From: Sedimentisphaeraceae bacterium JB056
Lineage (GTDB): Bacteria > Planctomycetota > Phycisphaerae > Sedimentisphaerales > Sedimentisphaeraceae
Direction of reading: 5' to 3'
DNA length: 64,000 nucleotides
NCBI GenBank assembly: GCA_044440125.1
Contig: JBITAJ010000002.1
Coordinates: 29,281 to 93,280, forward strand
A model generated the notes under the pieces. That model was not told the DNA's origin. It saw only the letters and a list, made by a program, of their open reading frames with translations, and searched no databases. A program made the position numbers and the translations under genes. Numbering within the stretch: position 1 is the first letter of the stretch; every line of letters begins with the position of its first letter. This document shows, piece after piece, positions 19,563 through 29,114 of this stretch.

Positions 19563-21596
19563 TTAACGCAACCAATCATCGGCTAATATTGTTAAATCAG
19601 TAGAATCACACATGCAATCCAAATTCAAATCTCCAACTTGATATGCCCGGCTAACACAAGCATCAGACACTTTGAACTCAAGCATCTTAAGATGATTTAC
19701 ATCACCTGTATAGCTCTGCCAGGAAGCAAAATCTGATTCACTATAAACTAATAAAAGAGTATCATCACTAGCCTTTCTCAGACCAGTATATCCCCCACCA
19801 GGACCACCATAAACAAGAAAAGGTTGTGACCATTTTGTTCCAGATGAATCAGCAAGCATTAAGTGTACTCCAGGTCTACCATAGCTCAACAAAACTCTTC
19901 CATCTCCTAATAATATCATATCAGGATCGACACCTGGAACACCTAAAGAGGCTGGAATAGACCAATTCAGCCCTTTATCCTCACTAATTGTATAAGCCAT
20001 CGGAACCTCTGTGGTGGGCTGCTCTACTGGCGGACCAATATCACCCGTCCTAGTAACCAACAAAAGATCACCATTACGTAGCTCTACCATGGAGGATTCG
20101 GTTGGTCCTTCCTCTCCCATCCACGAAAGTTTCTCCGCAGCAGTAGATTTATAATTCCAACTTTCACCAAAATCAGTTGATTCTACAATATAAACACTAT
20201 TATAGTCAGAGCCTGAAGCTTTTCCATACATTGTAGCCAACAATGTCCCTGTCTTTAACATTAAAATAGTACTATGAAAACTCTGATTATCTACATCAAA
20301 TGGGAACTCAATATCCACTGTATGTTTTGTAATAACATTCCAATCATCAAACGCATAAGACAGATAAGCACGAACAATACGGCTATTTATTGCTTGCGTA
20401 TTAAAACCTAAAATAATTGCAGGAGCCTGCCCAGAAAGAACATTTACAGCCAACGTCCCAGCTAATGGCTCCATATTCTGATATGTTTGGCATTTATCAG
20501 TTGATATAATCCCATGATAAACTTCATTAACAGGATGAATACCAGTATTGAACCCAACTATAAGTTTACCTGATTTGGCAATTTGGAGATTTGGAAAGGT
20601 TACATGTTCTTCAGAAGAATATATAACCTTCTTATCTAAAATATTCACAAAACTACTGTAAGATGGCACAGATGCGATATCTTTGGCATTATAACCAAAC
20701 AATACTCCTGTTACTGATAATAAGCTATCATTACCATTATTTTCATACCATGCAACATAATTATCTTTTCGACCGACAAGAAGCTCTACAATACCATCAT
20801 CATCTATATCTCCAAAAGAAACACATCTCACCGAAGAATCACCAATACGCCCTCCCACAGCATTAAGATTACCGTTGATATATTCATACCATTGCAAGCC
20901 ATCTGTATGCACAATAAATATATCAGAATATGAATCTCCATCAAAATCGCCTATCTTAATATCTGAATCCGCAATTGTTGATGGTAAAGAACCCACATTA
21001 ATGGTTTCAACCCACGTAAGACCATGATTGCCATTGTCTTTATAGCGTACAATAGAACTCTTACATACCAGCATATCTCTAACGCTATCATTATCTATAT
21101 CACCAATCGCAATGCTATTAGTCCCCGAACCTGTTCCCATTGGATTGCTATGCCAGAGAAGAGTATTATCTCCAGAATTTTCATACCACGCAAGTAGTCC
21201 GTTACTTTTTAACACAAATATGTCAGAAAAACCATCTGAATCGAAGTCATCAACTGCCATATCAAGAGCATCATTGCTCAAACTACCAACCCATCCCGAA
21301 GAGTCATTCGAATTAGATTCATACCAACTCGCAGCAGAACCAGCCGAACCTAAAAATAAGTCAACCTGATTGTCTTTATCAAAATCAGCGACAACCACCG
21401 ATACACGTGGCTCTGATATATTGCTAATCTGAGCCAAAAAATTATCAGTACCTGTAGATTCATACAATACCGCAGAAGTATCCTGTACAACAATTACATC
21501 AGAATAAAAATCTGAATCATATGTCAGAGAGAATACATCAAGAGTGAACAATAAGACGGTTATAGTTACGAGGTTTAACCTGCTAATTATAGACAT
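19563..21596 (-). CDS. Secreted FG-GAP/VCBS-repeat + BNR sialidase-like + dockerin-like protein
   Basis: Signal peptide; DxDxDGxxD repeats with WYE motifs; Asp boxes STDFGESW and SEDKGLNW; LVTRTG, GVDP, YGRPG, GYT; C-terminal DLNLDCMCDSTD...WL. Confidence 0.85.
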   Translation of the reverse strand: MSIISRLNLVTITVLLFTLDVFSLTYDSDFYSDVIVVQDTSAVLYESTGTDNFLAQISNISEPRVSVVVADFDKDNQVDLFLGSAGSAASWYESNSNDSSGWVGSLSNDALDMAVDDFDSDGFSDIFVLKSNGLLAWYENSGDNTLLWHSNPMGTGSGTNSIAIGDIDNDSVRDMLVCKSSIVRYKDNGNHGLTWVETINVGSLPSTIADSDIKIGDFDGDSYSDIFIVHTDGLQWYEYINGNLNAVGGRIGDSSVRCVSFGDIDDDGIVELLVGRKDNYVAWYENNGNDSLLSVTGVLFGYNAKDIASVPSYSSFVNILDKKVIYSSEEHVTFPNLQIAKSGKLIVGFNTGIHPVNEVYHGIISTDKCQTYQNMEPLAGTLAVNVLSGQAPAIILGFNTQAINSRIVRAYLSYAFDDWNVITKHTVDIEFPFDVDNQSFHSTILMLKTGTLLATMYGKASGSDYNSVYIVESTDFGESWNYKSTAAEKLSWMGEEGPTESSMVELRNGDLLLVTRTGDIGPPVEQPTTEVPMAYTISEDKGLNWSIPASLGVPGVDPDMILLGDGRVLLSYGRPGVHLMLADSSGTKWSQPFLVYGGPGGGYTGLRKASDDTLLLVYSESDFASWQSYTGDVNHLKMLEFKVSDACVSRAYQVGDLNLDCMCDSTDLTILADDWLR

Positions 21597-21628
21597 ATTA
21601 AGTCCTTACATGGATATATTTTGTAAAA

Positions 21629-21655
21629 TGATTACAAATTCACAACTTGTAATCA
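21629..21655 (-). terminator. Small intergenic stem-loop
   Basis: TGATTACAA/TTGTAATCA 9-bp stem followed by TTTT on the minus strand. Confidence 0.35.
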
Positions 21656-21661
21656 ATTGAA

Positions 21662-22792
21662 TTATTTAAGCCAGTCATCGGCAAAAATTGAAAAGTCGAT
21701 TAAATCAACATAACAATCATTATTCAAGTCTGAATACACGGAATTCTCTTTACCAAGACATGGTAATTGAAGTACATTTTTCAATGAAGGAAGATTTTCG
21801 TCACAAGAAACTTCCGGCACTCCCACTACCGTTCTACTGCCATAGCCAAATAATGATATTGCTCCCTTTGCTAAGTCGTTATCACCAGATACTTCATACA
21901 TCTGAATATAATTGTCACTGACAGAAAATATAATCTCATTGGAACCATTGCCATCAATATCAACAAAAGCTACCGAATTAATGTTACTACCCCAACCGCT
22001 GTATGCATCAATACGCTTCAAATGCCATAATGACGAAACCCCTTGTCCTTCATACCAATAAATTGAAGCTGTAACACTATCTATCAGGATTAAATCTTTT
22101 CCGGTATCACCGTCTAAATTTCCTATATTAGCGTCTTTACACTCAACAATATAACCTTCCGGCAAATAATTAAAATTTTCTTTCCAGCTAAAGCTATAAC
22201 CATCTGTTTCATATCTTACAAGAACGCCCTCTTTTATTGTAACAATATCTTCTATTCCATTCCGATCAAAATCATCAATAAGAATAGAGGTTGCTCCAGA
22301 ACCTGCATTCATAGGATTGCTTCGCCACAATAAGGCATCATTGCCATTACACTCATACCAAACAACTTTCTCATCTGTACTCAATACAAATACATCATTA
22401 TTACCATCACCATCAATATCAGAAACAGCAAAACCCCCATTAACAGCGTCGTTTCCAATGTATCCAACAAATCTCAAAGAGTTATTCCCATCACACTCAT
22501 ACCATACATTTGATGTGCCAGTTCTACCGATTAGAATATCCATATTACCATCAGAATCTAAATCTTCAATCAACATTGCTGAAGCAACGCCAACAACTGG
22601 TACTTCAAGAACATCTATAATAGAATACCCAACACCTGATGATTCATACCAATAAACCTCACCCAAAGAATTTAAGGCAAAAATATCAGCCTTACCATCG
22701 TTATCAAAATCAACATTAATGCCCGCTTTGCAAGTTGAGCAAGCAAAAAATAATATACAAACCCAAATGATACTTTTTGGAAACGTGCTCAT
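21662..22792 (-). CDS. Secreted FG-GAP/VCBS-repeat protein with dockerin-like C-terminus
   Basis: Signal peptide from ATG 22792 (MSTFPKSIIWVCILFFAC); about six DxDxDGxxD...WYE repeats; DLNNDCYVDLIDFSIFADDWLK. Confidence 0.85.
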   Translation of the reverse strand: MSTFPKSIIWVCILFFACSTCKAGINVDFDNDGKADIFALNSLGEVYWYESSGVGYSIIDVLEVPVVGVASAMLIEDLDSDGNMDILIGRTGTSNVWYECDGNNSLRFVGYIGNDAVNGGFAVSDIDGDGNNDVFVLSTDEKVVWYECNGNDALLWRSNPMNAGSGATSILIDDFDRNGIEDIVTIKEGVLVRYETDGYSFSWKENFNYLPEGYIVECKDANIGNLDGDTGKDLILIDSVTASIYWYEGQGVSSLWHLKRIDAYSGWGSNINSVAFVDIDGNGSNEIIFSVSDNYIQMYEVSGDNDLAKGAISLFGYGSRTVVGVPEVSCDENLPSLKNVLQLPCLGKENSVYSDLNNDCYVDLIDFSIFADDWLK

Positions 22793-22899
22793 TATAAAGC
22801 CTTTTACAACATATAACTTTAGATAATTAGTAAAACTCAATGCTAAAAAAAAGTCTCTGAAAATATTTTTAAACATCTCCAGAGACTCACATAATATTA

Positions 22900-23970
22900 T
22901 CATTTAAGCCACTGATCTGCAAATGTCGAATAATCTATCAAATCAACAGTACAGTCTCCATTAAAGTCAGCCCCATATATGTTACAAGATGCTGGAACAA
23001 TTGCCATATCTGATACATTATACAAAGGGAAAGAACCCTTAACTAACACCGCTGAATCATTTCCATCACTCTCATACCATGTTGCCGCTCTATCCTTATT
23101 TCCAATAATGAGCTCATTAACACCATCACCATCAACATCACCCAAGGCAACACTCATCGCCTCTGTAAAACCAAGCTTGGCTCCGCCTGTAGGTACATTA
23201 GGATCTGTTGGGTCATCACGGAATTCATACCAAACAACACCATTCCAGGCAGGATCCCAGTTAGGATCAACATCTGTATCTCCACGGGCAACAACGAATA
23301 AGTCTTTATACGCATCACCATCAAAATCACCCGTTGCGATTGATATATAATGACCTTCATTATCAATCTTAAAACTCCAACTTAAAAAATTCCCATTTGG
23401 ATTATAAACATTAAGACCAGTAGTTTTAGCAACAATTAAATCATTTACTCCATCGTTATCAATATCATCCATAGCTATTGCCTTGGCTCCTGAGCCACTT
23501 CCAAAAGGATCGCTTCTCCAACCGAGAGTTCCCTCTCCAGTACATTGATACCAAGTCAGCTTTTCGTCTGGTCTTACAAATAACAAATCACCGGTACCAT
23601 CTTTGTCAAAATCACCAACAACCATACCATTACTAACAGCAGTTGAAGAAGAGTTGCCAGACCAACCCAATGAATCATCTCCATTGGACTCATACCAACC
23701 GCCCAAACTGCCGTCAGCACCTAATATAACATCCAACTTGTCGTCACTATCCAAAAAACCTACCCCAACAGCAACTTTGTTAGAAGAGATATTCATAGTT
23801 TCACTCAAAGTATTATTGGTACCTAAGCACTCAAGTCCAAAAGCTACAGACATATTTGATTCTATTGCAATAACATCACCATAAATATCAGTATCAACAG
23901 TTTCTCCTTTACTTACGAAAACAGTAAGGGACATTAGAAAGATACAAGCAAACATTTTAACACTTTTCAT
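22900..23970 (-). CDS. Secreted FG-GAP/VCBS-repeat protein with dockerin-like C-terminus
   Basis: Signal peptide; GDFDKDGTGD, DDIDNDGVND, GDFDGDAYKD, GDVDGDGVNE; DFNGDCTVDLIDYSTFADQWLK. Confidence 0.88.
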   Translation of the reverse strand: MKSVKMFACIFLMSLTVFVSKGETVDTDIYGDVIAIESNMSVAFGLECLGTNNTLSETMNISSNKVAVGVGFLDSDDKLDVILGADGSLGGWYESNGDDSLGWSGNSSSTAVSNGMVVGDFDKDGTGDLLFVRPDEKLTWYQCTGEGTLGWRSDPFGSGSGAKAIAMDDIDNDGVNDLIVAKTTGLNVYNPNGNFLSWSFKIDNEGHYISIATGDFDGDAYKDLFVVARGDTDVDPNWDPAWNGVVWYEFRDDPTDPNVPTGGAKLGFTEAMSVALGDVDGDGVNELIIGNKDRAATWYESDGNDSAVLVKGSFPLYNVSDMAIVPASCNIYGADFNGDCTVDLIDYSTFADQWLK

Positions 23971-24067
23971 TTCAGCTCCTATAATAGAATATTAAACTAA
24001 ATACACTCAAAACAATATCAGTAATACTTTCATTCCAAGCGATTCTTTTGTTTAATTAAAAACGACA

Positions 24068-24787
24068 CTATTGACGCTCAGACAACTTACCATCTCTTTT
24101 CCAAACTACAGAATATTCATCACTATTTCTCCTTATACTTAAATCACAAAATAGAACATTAAAATCGCCACCATGGCGATATGCAACATTATCACGATTT
24201 TCAATACCTGGATAATCAATCCATATATTTGCATAAACAAGATTAGTTTCTTTTGCAGGCCCAACATCAACTAATAAAACTGCACTTGATGGTCGTTTCA
24301 CACTATCAATTCTCCAACCACCAATATGTGCACTCTGAGCATAACTAATCCAATAATCCGCGTCCTTCAAGCCTTTAACAGATGGACAACTATAATCGTC
24401 ACCTGCATATTCCCATAGCGATTCATCTAACTGGTCTTCATAGCTGAATGTGAGATTATCCATAAGTAACGGTAAAATAGTCTGACGATAACTTAAATAT
24501 TGACGTGACTGAGGATAACCATACTGTTCGAAGAAATCCGGATAATATTGAGGATGAACAGGAAGCCCCTTCAAGGTATAACTTGGGGGGATATAATTAT
24601 CAAAATCCTGGAAATAAAGAGAATAACCCAAACTCAAATCATGCAATCTGCTTTTGCAGACAACTGTTTTAGCTTGCTCCTTAGCTTTCTGCAAAGCAGG
24701 CATCATTACTGCCAACAAAACCGCTATAATAGAAATAACAACCAACAGCTCTATTAATGTAAAACCTTTTCGACAACAACGAGACAT
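24068..24787 (-). CDS. Prepilin-type N-methylation / DUF1559-like protein
   Basis: MSRCCRKGFTLIELLVVISIIAVLLAVMMPAL from ATG 24787; CPS; RHGGDFNVLFCD. Confidence 0.9.
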   Translation of the reverse strand: MSRCCRKGFTLIELLVVISIIAVLLAVMMPALQKAKEQAKTVVCKSRLHDLSLGYSLYFQDFDNYIPPSYTLKGLPVHPQYYPDFFEQYGYPQSRQYLSYRQTILPLLMDNLTFSYEDQLDESLWEYAGDDYSCPSVKGLKDADYWISYAQSAHIGGWRIDSVKRPSSAVLLVDVGPAKETNLVYANIWIDYPGIENRDNVAYRHGGDFNVLFCDLSIRRNSDEYSVVWKRDGKLSERQ

Positions 24788-24788
24788 T

Positions 24789-25490
24789 TTATCTCTCCAA
24801 ATAGTATTCCAACAGATTAACTTTTGCACTACTGATGTGCTTTCGCATTGTCCCTTCAGCAAGATCAACATCACCTCCCATGATAGCGTCCAATATTTGT
24901 TTATGATGCTCAAGAGTGATATTAAGATCTCTTGCTTTATCATTACTATCTGATGGTACCATACAGATATTTTGGAAATGCAAATTTGACCATACATCCT
25001 CAAATCGCCTATTCCCAGTAGCGGCTAAAATACCACGATGAAACTTCTCGTCAATCTGCCTTTCAGCCGATATAAACTCTTTTATATCCATTTCTTGACC
25101 GTTCAAGTTGATTTCATCAAGCTCTTCAAAAGACTTGAGACACACAGTCATATCCACTGTTTTATAGTTAATTGCAAGCATTCGTACTGCTTGACATTCA
25201 ACAGCTTCACGCATCTCATAAAGTTCTTTAACATCACGTGATGAATATTTTTTAGCCATAAAACCCCATCGCGGAATACTCACAACCAAACCTTCGGATT
25301 GCAGTTTCATTAGTGAATCTCTTACTGGAATATAGCTAAAGCCAAACTCCTTTGCAAGTTTTCTCGCAACCAACTTGGATCCCTGAGGAATCTCCCCGTC
25401 AATCAATTTACGGCGAATTTCATCATAAGACTTCTCCTGACACGTTAACACATCATATTCTGGTAATGCTGTCTTCATAATCCAATCCAT
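24789..25490 (-). CDS. GntR-family (FadR/FCD) regulator
   Basis: KLVARKLAKEFGFSYIPVRDSL, ELYEMREAVE, DEKFHRGI, EHHKQILDAI; paralogue of 1557-2264. Confidence 0.9.
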   Translation of the reverse strand: MDWIMKTALPEYDVLTCQEKSYDEIRRKLIDGEIPQGSKLVARKLAKEFGFSYIPVRDSLMKLQSEGLVVSIPRWGFMAKKYSSRDVKELYEMREAVECQAVRMLAINYKTVDMTVCLKSFEELDEINLNGQEMDIKEFISAERQIDEKFHRGILAATGNRRFEDVWSNLHFQNICMVPSDSNDKARDLNITLEHHKQILDAIMGGDVDLAEGTMRKHISSAKVNLLEYYLER

Positions 25491-25503
25491 TCACTTTTAA
25501 TAT

Positions 25504-25554
25504 TATTGATATTACTGATATATCAATAATATCAATATCAGAATTAAATGTCAA
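25504..25554 (-). promoter_or_regulatory. Sigma70-type promoter with long palindromic operator
   Basis: Minus strand TTGACA (25554-25549)-17 bp-TATTAT (25531-25526). 34-bp palindrome 25504-25537 (TATTGATATTA-C-TGATATATCA-A-TAATATCAATA) with one mismatched pair. Confidence 0.75.
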
Positions 25555-25844
25555 GCATTTCCCAAAAACTCAAGTCTTAAAAATCTGAGACACTAACGTC
25601 TCACTACCACAAATATATCTACAATAAAGACTTAAGAGCCAAATAATTTTTAAGCAATACCCATCATAGCTAAAAAAGTGGGCTTTATCTTTTCAAATCT
25701 CATTACCTCTGACACTTTCTCTATAACTAAAGCCCGTAGGGTGCAAAAACACTATAGTCATAAATATCTACAGAAATATCACTTGCAATCCTTACGGATG
25801 AAATCCTTTGCAATAACCACTGACTTCTGTATTATTTACTCGCT

Positions 25845-25985
25845 ATGAAACAGCAAATTAGGATCGCAATGGCAGCTTGTATTGCCTATCGCATCAATAA
25901 GGGACTCCACCGGGCAATTGACTCTTCTCAGAGCTCAGTTAGAAGTACTCTCACAAGAGAACAACTAACATATTTTCGACATTGA
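25845..25985 (+). pseudogene. Possible transposase N-terminal remnant (short ORF)
   Basis: 46-aa ORF MKQQIRIAMAACIAYRINKGLHRAID...; another frame continues LRAQLEVLSQE. From memory this resembles the N-terminus of planctomycete integrase-core-domain transposases; unverified. Confidence 0.3.
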
Positions 25986-26041
25986 GATTTAAGGCAAACC
26001 TATTACAAAGCATTTGTGTTGTACTACAATATTCATTATGA

Positions 26042-26578
26042 TGGTTCAGAAAAGATGAGTTATTGAACTTAACATGGGCTGATATTGATTTTGAGGATAA
26101 TCAAGTTAGTTTTGCACCAAAGAAAGAATCTAAATTCTTACTTGAGTGGGAGCCTAAAGATAATGACAGTAGAACTATTCCGATACCTGAAAAGACAATA
26201 CAACTTCTTGCTGACCTTCAAGCACAATCAGACGAGACAACGCCGTATGTATTCATCTCAGGACAAAGACTCAATAGAATCCTTCAAAGAAGAATACTCG
26301 GCAAATGGACTGCGACTAGTGACATCATCAATAATATGCTCAAGAGATTAAAAATATTCTGTAAAAAAGCAGGTATAGAAGAGTTCTGTTTCCATGACCT
26401 CAGGAGAAGTTGCATCACCAACTGGGCAAAATCTTTACCTATTCATGCTGTACAGGAACTGGTCGGACATTCAAAGATAGAAACAACAAGAACACATTAT
26501 TTGTCTGTGAGAAAATCTGACAGAGAGCTGGCACGTCAAGTTTCCGACGAAGTTTTTGGCAAATTGATGAACTTTTGA
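26042..26578 (+). pseudogene. Tyrosine recombinase/integrase, C-terminal catalytic fragment
   Basis: In-frame WFRKDELLNLTW (catalytic R box) right after a TGA at 26039-26041; FHDLRR and GHSKIETTRTHY present; N-terminal domains absent. Confidence 0.85.
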
Positions 26579-26693
26579 CGAACTATGGGGTAAAATTAGA
26601 GCACAAATAAGGATTACAAGTAAATAACAAGTAGGCACAAACAAGACTGACAAGTCAGTATCCACTGCAAATTGACGAACTTTTTGACGAACT
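26559..26693 (+). repeat. Paired direct repeats downstream of the integrase (arm-type att-like sites)
   Basis: GCAAATTGATGAACTTTTGACGAACT (26559-26584) and GCAAATTGACGAACTTTTTGACGAACT (26667-26693); each holds two TTGAYGAACT units. Confidence 0.7.
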
Positions 26694-26970
26694 CTTGACA
26701 CCAATTATACAAATGCGATAACCTATTTTTAAGTCAGACCACCGCCTTGCCGCTTGAAAAACTTACTATTCAAACTGAACCTGCAGTACCATTAGACCAA
26801 GACATATGAGTTCGGCATTTAACAAAGTCAAAGGTCATTGTTTCCTACAACACACAACGTGATTACTATGCATTGAGTATAAAAAACAGCTCAAATTAAT
26901 TCAATTAACCCATCAAAAAGCAAAGACCTGGTAACAGATGAGTTTTTGCACCCCACGGGGAGCCAGATTG

Positions 26971-27939
26971 CTACTTAGAGTAGTAATACATGCAGCTCCT
27001 ATACTTAAGTTCTATGCCGCCCTTTTCAAAAGCATTTTTCACACCCGGATTGATGGGACACCTAATGTCATGTTGATAATTCAACAATACTTTGCAAGAC
27101 TCATCAAATGATATTACATCATTATCACGGCACCTCAACAAAGCAATTCTTGCTCCAGAACCACTAATTTCTTCCCGTTTTAGAATAGCGCAATAATTAT
27201 CGGATTGGATGCCCTTAAAACCCCACGAAAAGCCATAAACATCTTCTGTACCAAGATATTCGATAGAGGGATCGCTCTCTCCATCGAAATAAAATTCCTG
27301 ATTCCCCTCACACATACATTCACCACCTTTGCAAAGTGGGTCATTAGCTTCATACTGAAACCAATGCGCTACTATATTCCCAGATGTTTTAATATCGGTA
27401 AGAGTTATCAAATTTTGCGGAATCAAAGACTTTCCTACCCTATAATCTACCCGCAAATAACCAATTCTATCATCAAGACTTTCAACTTTTTCCCACTGAA
27501 TATCAGAATATCCTATCAAATCCATGTCAGTAGGATTCTCAACAGCAACCTTTATCTGCTTTCTAAACGGAATAGGCAATCTGAAATTATGGGACTCCTT
27601 AACCTTGGAAAAGTATATTGTATTAAAGTATTGACTCGAACAGTCTATATCTCCAAGGAACTCCATTAAAGGCATTTCAATTAATGGGATATCTTCACCG
27701 TCATAATAAACCCTCAACATCAATGACTTTGCTACATCACTTACGCCTATTAATCCCGGTTCTTCCGCATATGCTGACACATGCAGAAACGATATATATC
27801 CAGGACCATAAGCTTCCAAAAAACAAACCTCACTACGAGATTTCAATGTTTTCATTTTAGGATATTTATCATATGGCCAAGTAGATGGTTTAAAAAATGA
27901 TCGTTTAGTCCCGATTTCACATATTTTATTTATATTCAT
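26971..27939 (-). CDS. DUF2961 / GH172-like protein
   Basis: GPGYI, LRVYYDGE, PIPFRK, EGNQEFYFDGE, YLGTEDVYGFSWGF; start MNINK (27939). Confidence 0.8.
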   Translation of the reverse strand: MNINKICEIGTKRSFFKPSTWPYDKYPKMKTLKSRSEVCFLEAYGPGYISFLHVSAYAEEPGLIGVSDVAKSLMLRVYYDGEDIPLIEMPLMEFLGDIDCSSQYFNTIYFSKVKESHNFRLPIPFRKQIKVAVENPTDMDLIGYSDIQWEKVESLDDRIGYLRVDYRVGKSLIPQNLITLTDIKTSGNIVAHWFQYEANDPLCKGGECMCEGNQEFYFDGESDPSIEYLGTEDVYGFSWGFKGIQSDNYCAILKREEISGSGARIALLRCRDNDVISFDESCKVLLNYQHDIRCPINPGVKNAFEKGGIELKYRSCMYYYSK

Positions 27940-29084
27940 AATTTCTCTTTTCCTGTAAAACAACTGCTTACAATCAATCCTCTGGAATCTGTTAAATTAA
28001 AAAAATACCCTTCTACATTTTTAGGAAGAACGCATTCTATTTTCTGATTCACATAATTTATATTTGCTTCTTTTTTTTCCCATTCAGCATTTCCCAAGTC
28101 ATTTACATCCTTACAATAAAGCAATTCAGCCAACACAATTTTATTAGTAGACTCAAAATCACACCAGACATCCCGATTATCTCTACCACAATCTAAGACT
28201 TTCGTTAATCGCGGTAAACCTTTCACTACACTATCAGCAAAAGCATAAACTTCTTCTGTTCTCCACGCTACCTGATGGCTATGACCAATGTTCAACTTAA
28301 TACAGATTGTTCTATTGCCAGAGGTTGCTCGATAGCTCTTATTATAAATATCCAAATAAAAATGAGCATCATTAGTCCCATTTACCCACAAAGATGGTAT
28401 TTCTGACTTATGTAAATAAGTAGCTGGATCCCAATATTTTTTACATTTTTCAGCCCTCTCATTCCCCATCATTTTATAAGATTGACCAAAATAATTATCT
28501 GATTCATATAGAAAACCGCAACCATAAACGGGAACTGCATACTTAAACCGCTCATCAACACCCATAACAATGCCTGTAATAACACCGCCCCATGAAACAC
28601 CCGTCAGACCTACATTATCCGAATCAACTTGAGGAAAACTACGCATTAAAGAATTTGCCAAGACAACATCAGCTACTGCATGATACATCCATTGATCCTT
28701 AACTGGCAAATCGATATCTTCAAATACATTCTTTCTGTCTGGTCCACTATATGGATGCGTTGGACGGTTTGGATACTTGCCTTCTGGCAAAGTTCCTTCT
28801 ATATCCAACGCTATAGCCGCATACCCCCTTTTATTCCATATACGCACCCACTCATCAAATGCAGTACCTCCTCCTCCCGGCACGCAAACGACTGCAGGAA
28901 CAGGACTATCAGATGATGCATTCTCAGGGAATCCCAAATATGCAAAAACCTTAGTCTGCTTCCCTTTATATGGAAGAGCGGAATAAAACACAGCTTCAAC
29001 TCCATTAGCATCCCAATCTTTAGCTGTAATAATATCAGGAGCACTATACAAATCCTCTCCATCCCAAACTGTTTCCTTAAGCAT
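27936..29084 (-). CDS. Alpha/beta hydrolase (acetylxylan esterase-like)
   Basis: PGGGGTA, GLTGVSWGG nucleophile elbow, VYGCG, GTNDAHF, GHSH. Confidence 0.85.
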   Translation of the reverse strand: MLKETVWDGEDLYSAPDIITAKDWDANGVEAVFYSALPYKGKQTKVFAYLGFPENASSDSPVPAVVCVPGGGGTAFDEWVRIWNKRGYAAIALDIEGTLPEGKYPNRPTHPYSGPDRKNVFEDIDLPVKDQWMYHAVADVVLANSLMRSFPQVDSDNVGLTGVSWGGVITGIVMGVDERFKYAVPVYGCGFLYESDNYFGQSYKMMGNERAEKCKKYWDPATYLHKSEIPSLWVNGTNDAHFYLDIYNKSYRATSGNRTICIKLNIGHSHQVAWRTEEVYAFADSVVKGLPRLTKVLDCGRDNRDVWCDFESTNKIVLAELLYCKDVNDLGNAEWEKKEANINYVNQKIECVLPKNVEGYFFNLTDSRGLIVSSCFTGKEKL

Positions 29085-29114
29085 CGATTACCCTATATGT
29101 CAATTATTACTATT

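Noticed and set aside
24788..25003. N-terminal extension of the 311-aa ORF 24068-25003
   Set aside because: It overlaps the GntR gene by over 200 nt; the prepilin motif requires a start at ATG 24787.
26559..26693. Mini-CRISPR array
   Set aside because: Only two imperfect repeats with an 82-bp gap, internally tandem, overlapping the integrase stop codon; no cas genes.
26745..26900. Possible gene-end remnant (LPLEKLTIQTEPAVPLDQDI*VRHLTKSKVIVSYNTQRDYYAL)
   Set aside because: Protein-like but short, interrupted by a stop and not assignable without a search.
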